Below, piece after piece: positions 26,469-32,000 of a stretch of 32,000 bases of DNA. The notes beneath the pieces were generated by a model. That model was given only the letters and a program-made list of their open reading frames with translations. It was not told the DNA's origin and did no database searches. The stretch spans positions 30,001-62,000 of the forward strand of contig JBBISB010000002.1 of NCBI GenBank assembly GCA_037441475.1. Reading direction: 5' to 3'. The position numbers and the translations under genes are program-made. Source of the stretch: Candidatus Iainarchaeum sp. Lineage in GTDB: Archaea > Iainarchaeota > Iainarchaeia > Iainarchaeales > CSSED10-239. Each line of letters opens with the position of its first letter. The first letter of the stretch is position 1.

Positions 26469-27055
26469 TTGTTATTACCTCCCTTGTCTTTCTCAACCAT
26501 TATATCTAAAAGATGTACTCTTTCGCTTATACTCTTAAAATGCTTGTCCTCGTCTGGCATTTTTGTAATACCAACATATGACATTAACTGTTTTTTTGAT
26601 ATTGAAAGAAGGTCAGAGGCTTGAGAGGCTGAAAGACCATAGGCATAAGCAGTGGAGGCAAGCTTTATTCTTCCATCATCAATAACTATGCTTACATATC
26701 TTCCAAGCTCATGATCTGCTTGTTTAATTATTTCAATTGTGTTTTTTATATAGTTGTTAAACTTACTTGTATCTTCTTCCTTATAGACCTTTAAGGCAGA
26801 TTCTAGGTTTTGGATAATTGCTCTCTTATAGGTTATCCAGGAGTCTGCTTGAGAGATATGTTTTTTAGAGATTAATTTTCTTAGACCATAGATTAAAACA
26901 CAAACTTCAGAGATGTCTTTATTAAAAGTGATAACTGCTTGCTCTAAGGTATTGTTCTCTATTAAATGTAAAGACTCATAATTGTTTTTATCTAAGAAGA
27001 CAATTGTTGATTTTACAATATCTGGTAATTTAAAAGTTTCAATATCTTGTTCCAT
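26465..27055 (-). CDS. HTH protein with UPF0175 (COG2886)-like C-terminal region, putative partner of the PIN-like gene
   Basis: 196 aa. KLASTAYAYGLSASQASDLLSISKKQLMSYVGI resembles the UPF0175 antitoxin-like HTH. Its stop overlaps the downstream ATG (ATGA at 26465-26468). The N-terminal 130 aa are unassigned. Confidence 0.4.
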   Translation of the reverse strand: MEQDIETFKLPDIVKSTIVFLDKNNYESLHLIENNTLEQAVITFNKDISEVCVLIYGLRKLISKKHISQADSWITYKRAIIQNLESALKVYKEEDTSKFNNYIKNTIEIIKQADHELGRYVSIVIDDGRIKLASTAYAYGLSASQASDLLSISKKQLMSYVGITKMPDEDKHFKSISERVHLLDIMVEKDKGGNNK

Positions 27056-27093
27056 ATCTAAATCTTTCCTTTAAAGAGGATTGGTTTGTAAAG

Positions 27094-27114
27094 TATATGT
27101 ATAAAATACATATA
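27094..27114. promoter_or_regulatory. Palindrome in divergent promoter region (candidate operator)
   Basis: TATATGTAT-AAA-ATACATATA has perfect 9-nt arms. It lies between the divergent starts at 27055 (-) and 27174 (+). Confidence 0.25.
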
Positions 27115-27143
27115 AATATATAAAACAAAAGATATTTATAATA

Positions 27144-27161
27144 TATTATCTATAGATAATA
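27144..27161. promoter_or_regulatory. 18-bp perfect palindrome (candidate operator or TATA region)
   Basis: TATTATCTA|TAGATAATA, immediately upstream of the AGGTGGAG Shine-Dalgarno of the 27174 gene. Confidence 0.3.
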
Positions 27162-27173
27162 ATAGGTGGAGAT

Positions 27174-27662
27174 ATGGGACTTTATAAAGAAAACAAATTT
27201 CAAAGAATTTTTGAAAATAAAAACATCTGGATAATTGTGGGTATCATTATAGGAATAGCCATCTTAGGGTATCTTTCAACACTTATTAATTGGGGTGGGA
27301 TGTTTGAAAAAGAAAATATTAGGGTAAGATTTACTGAAAGTCCATTAGACCTTTCAAAGAAAGATAATACCTTAATGGAGATTACAGTTTTCAATAACAC
27401 AGAGAATGATTTAGATAACCTTGAAGTAAAGGTAAAAGATGTAGAAAACACATTTATTGTTTTTTGTCCTGACGCGCATGGAGAAGATAAAACAATGGTT
27501 AGTATACCAAAAGTTGCTGCTGGTAACCAAAGAATAGTTACTTGTAACATAAGGTATGATAAGACAAAAGATTTTTTCCAAGGAACATATAGTTTTGATA
27601 TTGAATATTATATAGAAGATACAATATTTACAAAAAGGGTTAACTTAGAAGTTAGAAGGTGA
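27174..27662 (+). CDS. N-terminally membrane-anchored protein with a single beta-sandwich-like (CARDB-like) ectodomain
   Basis: 162 aa with the TM segment IWIIVGIIIGIAILGYL, then LMEITVFNNTENDLDNLEVKVKD...AAGNQRIVTCNIRY. AGGTGGAG Shine-Dalgarno 5 nt upstream of the ATG. Confidence 0.5.
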   Translation: MGLYKENKFQRIFENKNIWIIVGIIIGIAILGYLSTLINWGGMFEKENIRVRFTESPLDLSKKDNTLMEITVFNNTENDLDNLEVKVKDVENTFIVFCPDAHGEDKTMVSIPKVAAGNQRIVTCNIRYDKTKDFFQGTYSFDIEYYIEDTIFTKRVNLEVRR

Positions 27663-27670
27663 AACGTAAG

Positions 27671-28414
27671 ATGATTAATAGTATATTTAAGGGATTTAAT
27701 TTTTTTACAAAAAAAGGTTTTTTTAAAATATTTGTAGCATACCTTTTATTTGGGGTATATAGTTACTTTATTTTAGATTATCTTAATAGAGTGGTAGAGA
27801 GTGTTGATTTAACAGGGGTATCCTTTGTAAACTACACTCAATTTATAATTAATACTCTAGGACTTAACCTAGTATGGATTATTCTATCTGTATTTGGAAT
27901 GGTATTATTAACTGTATTTTTAACATTTACAGTAGCTAACACTGAAAATAAGAAGGAGATTGAGTTTTTTGAAGGTTTTAAAAGAAGTTTAAGATTTTCA
28001 TTCTTGTTTTTACTTGTAGGGGTTGTAATGCTTTTATTGTTTAGTGTTATTGGAACATATATTAATGTTGTAACTTTTATCTTGCTTATTTTATTAACAA
28101 TTGTTTTTGTAATTATAATGTTTATGTTCTATATTGGAAACATCTATTTAGGGTTATTTGATTTAACTGTTAAGGAAGCTCTAGAAAAATCAAGAGGGTT
28201 TATTAGAAAGAAATTTTGGACAACTTTAGGTTTTTTAATACTTTTAGCTGTTGTTAATTTCTTAATCTATTATGTTTTAGATTTCCTTTACTTTAATATT
28301 TTTTTTTATAACACAATTGCTGCTATTATTACAATTGAAATTGCATATTTCTTAAGTAGCTTGTATATAATAAATGCATTTACACTTTTGATTAAAGATC
28401 AAAAGTTTAAATAA
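27671..28414 (+). CDS. Polytopic membrane protein, unknown function
   Basis: About 6 hydrophobic segments. The track start is a GTG at 27659 overlapping the upstream stop. The ATG at 27671 is preferred because GAAGGTGA (27654-27661) sits 9 nt upstream of it. Confidence 0.5.
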   Translation: MINSIFKGFNFFTKKGFFKIFVAYLLFGVYSYFILDYLNRVVESVDLTGVSFVNYTQFIINTLGLNLVWIILSVFGMVLLTVFLTFTVANTENKKEIEFFEGFKRSLRFSFLFLLVGVVMLLLFSVIGTYINVVTFILLILLTIVFVIIMFMFYIGNIYLGLFDLTVKEALEKSRGFIRKKFWTTLGFLILLAVVNFLIYYVLDFLYFNIFFYNTIAAIITIEIAYFLSSLYIINAFTLLIKDQKFK

Positions 28415-28578
28415 ATACTTTTGGTTTCTCTTTTTTTATTTTTAAAAAAATAATATAGACGTAAATAATATTAAAAAGAGCGATGCCTATAAACCTCTTT
28501 AACTTTTTGTTTTAAAAAAAATGTACTAATGTCTACTTTTAAAAATAATATTACTTATATTAAAAAAATAGTAATAAA

Positions 28579-28640
28579 GTAGGAAATAATGCCTTTTTAT
28601 ATAGCAAAGAGCAAGTATTTTTATTTAAGTTAATAAAAAT
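28579..28640 (-). other. 3' half of the pre-23S rRNA processing helix
   Basis: GTAGGAAATAATGCC (28579-28593) is the exact reverse complement of 31669-31683. GTTAATAAAAAT (28629-28640) is the exact reverse complement of 31629-31640. The segments between pair imperfectly. Confidence 0.65.
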
Positions 28641-31612
<2,972 letters not shown>

Positions 31613-31683
31613 AAAAAATTTAAGAATCATTTTTATTAACCAAATAAACTTGCTTTTTGTTATTATTAGGCATTATTTCCTAC
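31613..31683 (-). other. 5' half of the pre-23S rRNA processing helix
   Basis: Complementary to 28579-28640 (see that feature). This is the archaeal-style long helix that brings the rRNA ends together for endonucleolytic excision. Confidence 0.65.
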
Positions 31684-32000
31684 TTCTTTCATTCCGTTAA
31701 ATTTAGAAAGTATTAAACGGTCAAACTCACTTGGAAAAAACTCCTAGTGGGTAATATAATCTTTAGAAGAGGTAAGTTTTTAAAGGAATCGTTTTCTTCC
31801 TTAGAGATTCTTAGAAATTGAAAAAAATAAGGTTTTTTAAGACCTTAAAAGTAATTTAGAGTATTAAAAACCACTTAATTTTGCTAAAAAGCAATAAAGG
31901 AGCTTTTTATATAGTAATCAACATACAAAAAGACTTAGAAAAAATCCCTTAAAAATTAAGAAATGAAAAATGTTTTAATACATAAACTATTTAGCAGAGA

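Noticed and set aside
28593-28606. 12-nt direct repeat CTTTTTATATAG at 28593-28604 and again at 31904-31915, considered as a paired promoter or terminator element around the 23S gene
   Set aside because: It is short and AT-rich, so it is expected by chance in this composition. The upstream copy may contribute a TATA box for 23S transcription (CTATATAAAAAG on the - strand), but I cannot support that without a mapped start site.
31963-32000. ATG-initiated open frame (MKNVLIHKLFSR...) running off the window end on the + strand
   Set aside because: Only 12 codons are visible, there is no SD, and the peptide is not recognisable, so this is insufficient to call a gene.

Overview
Strongly AT-rich archaeal chromosomal window. 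Archaeal origin is supported by a canonical box C/D sRNA, an NMD3-family gene, a KH-less beta-CASP RNase (aCPSF2-like), an archaeal/eukaryal-type AspRS, tRNAs without encoded CCA, and a 23S rRNA gene enclosed by a long flanking processing helix. The many small, divergent or unassignable proteins suggest a reduced-genome (DPANN-like) lineage, but that is inference only. Most of the window is housekeeping: aCPSF2-like RNase, NMD3-like, trkH-trkA, aspS, tRNA-Arg(CCU), adk, smc, serS, a P-type cation ATPase, a Kef-type CPA2 antiporter with RCK domain, a PAP2 phosphatase, tRNA(CAU), a divergent RpiA-like gene and a stand-alone 23S rRNA. TGA is a normal stop here: it ends smc and three other ORFs. 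No CRISPR array, transposase or integrase was seen. Worth a second look: (1) a box C/D sRNA whose D' guide pairs with the A loop of the 23S rRNA encoded 4.4 kb away, at the position equivalent to E. coli U2552; (2) an unannotated tandem of one extremely acidic and one extremely basic micro-ORF, each with a G-rich Shine-Dalgarno; (3) a RelE/ParE-like toxin gene broken by one in-frame TGA, start/stop-coupled to a putative winged-helix partner; (4) an enlarged UPF0175-like/PIN(DUF3368-like) pair heading a four-gene cluster of unknowns, with palindromic sites in its divergent promoter; (5) two sequon-rich anchored surface proteins; (6) an RpiA homologue with degenerate catalytic motifs. I found no convincing novel multi-gene system. 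The accessory-looking stretches are 9.8-13.4 kb and 24.6-28.4 kb.
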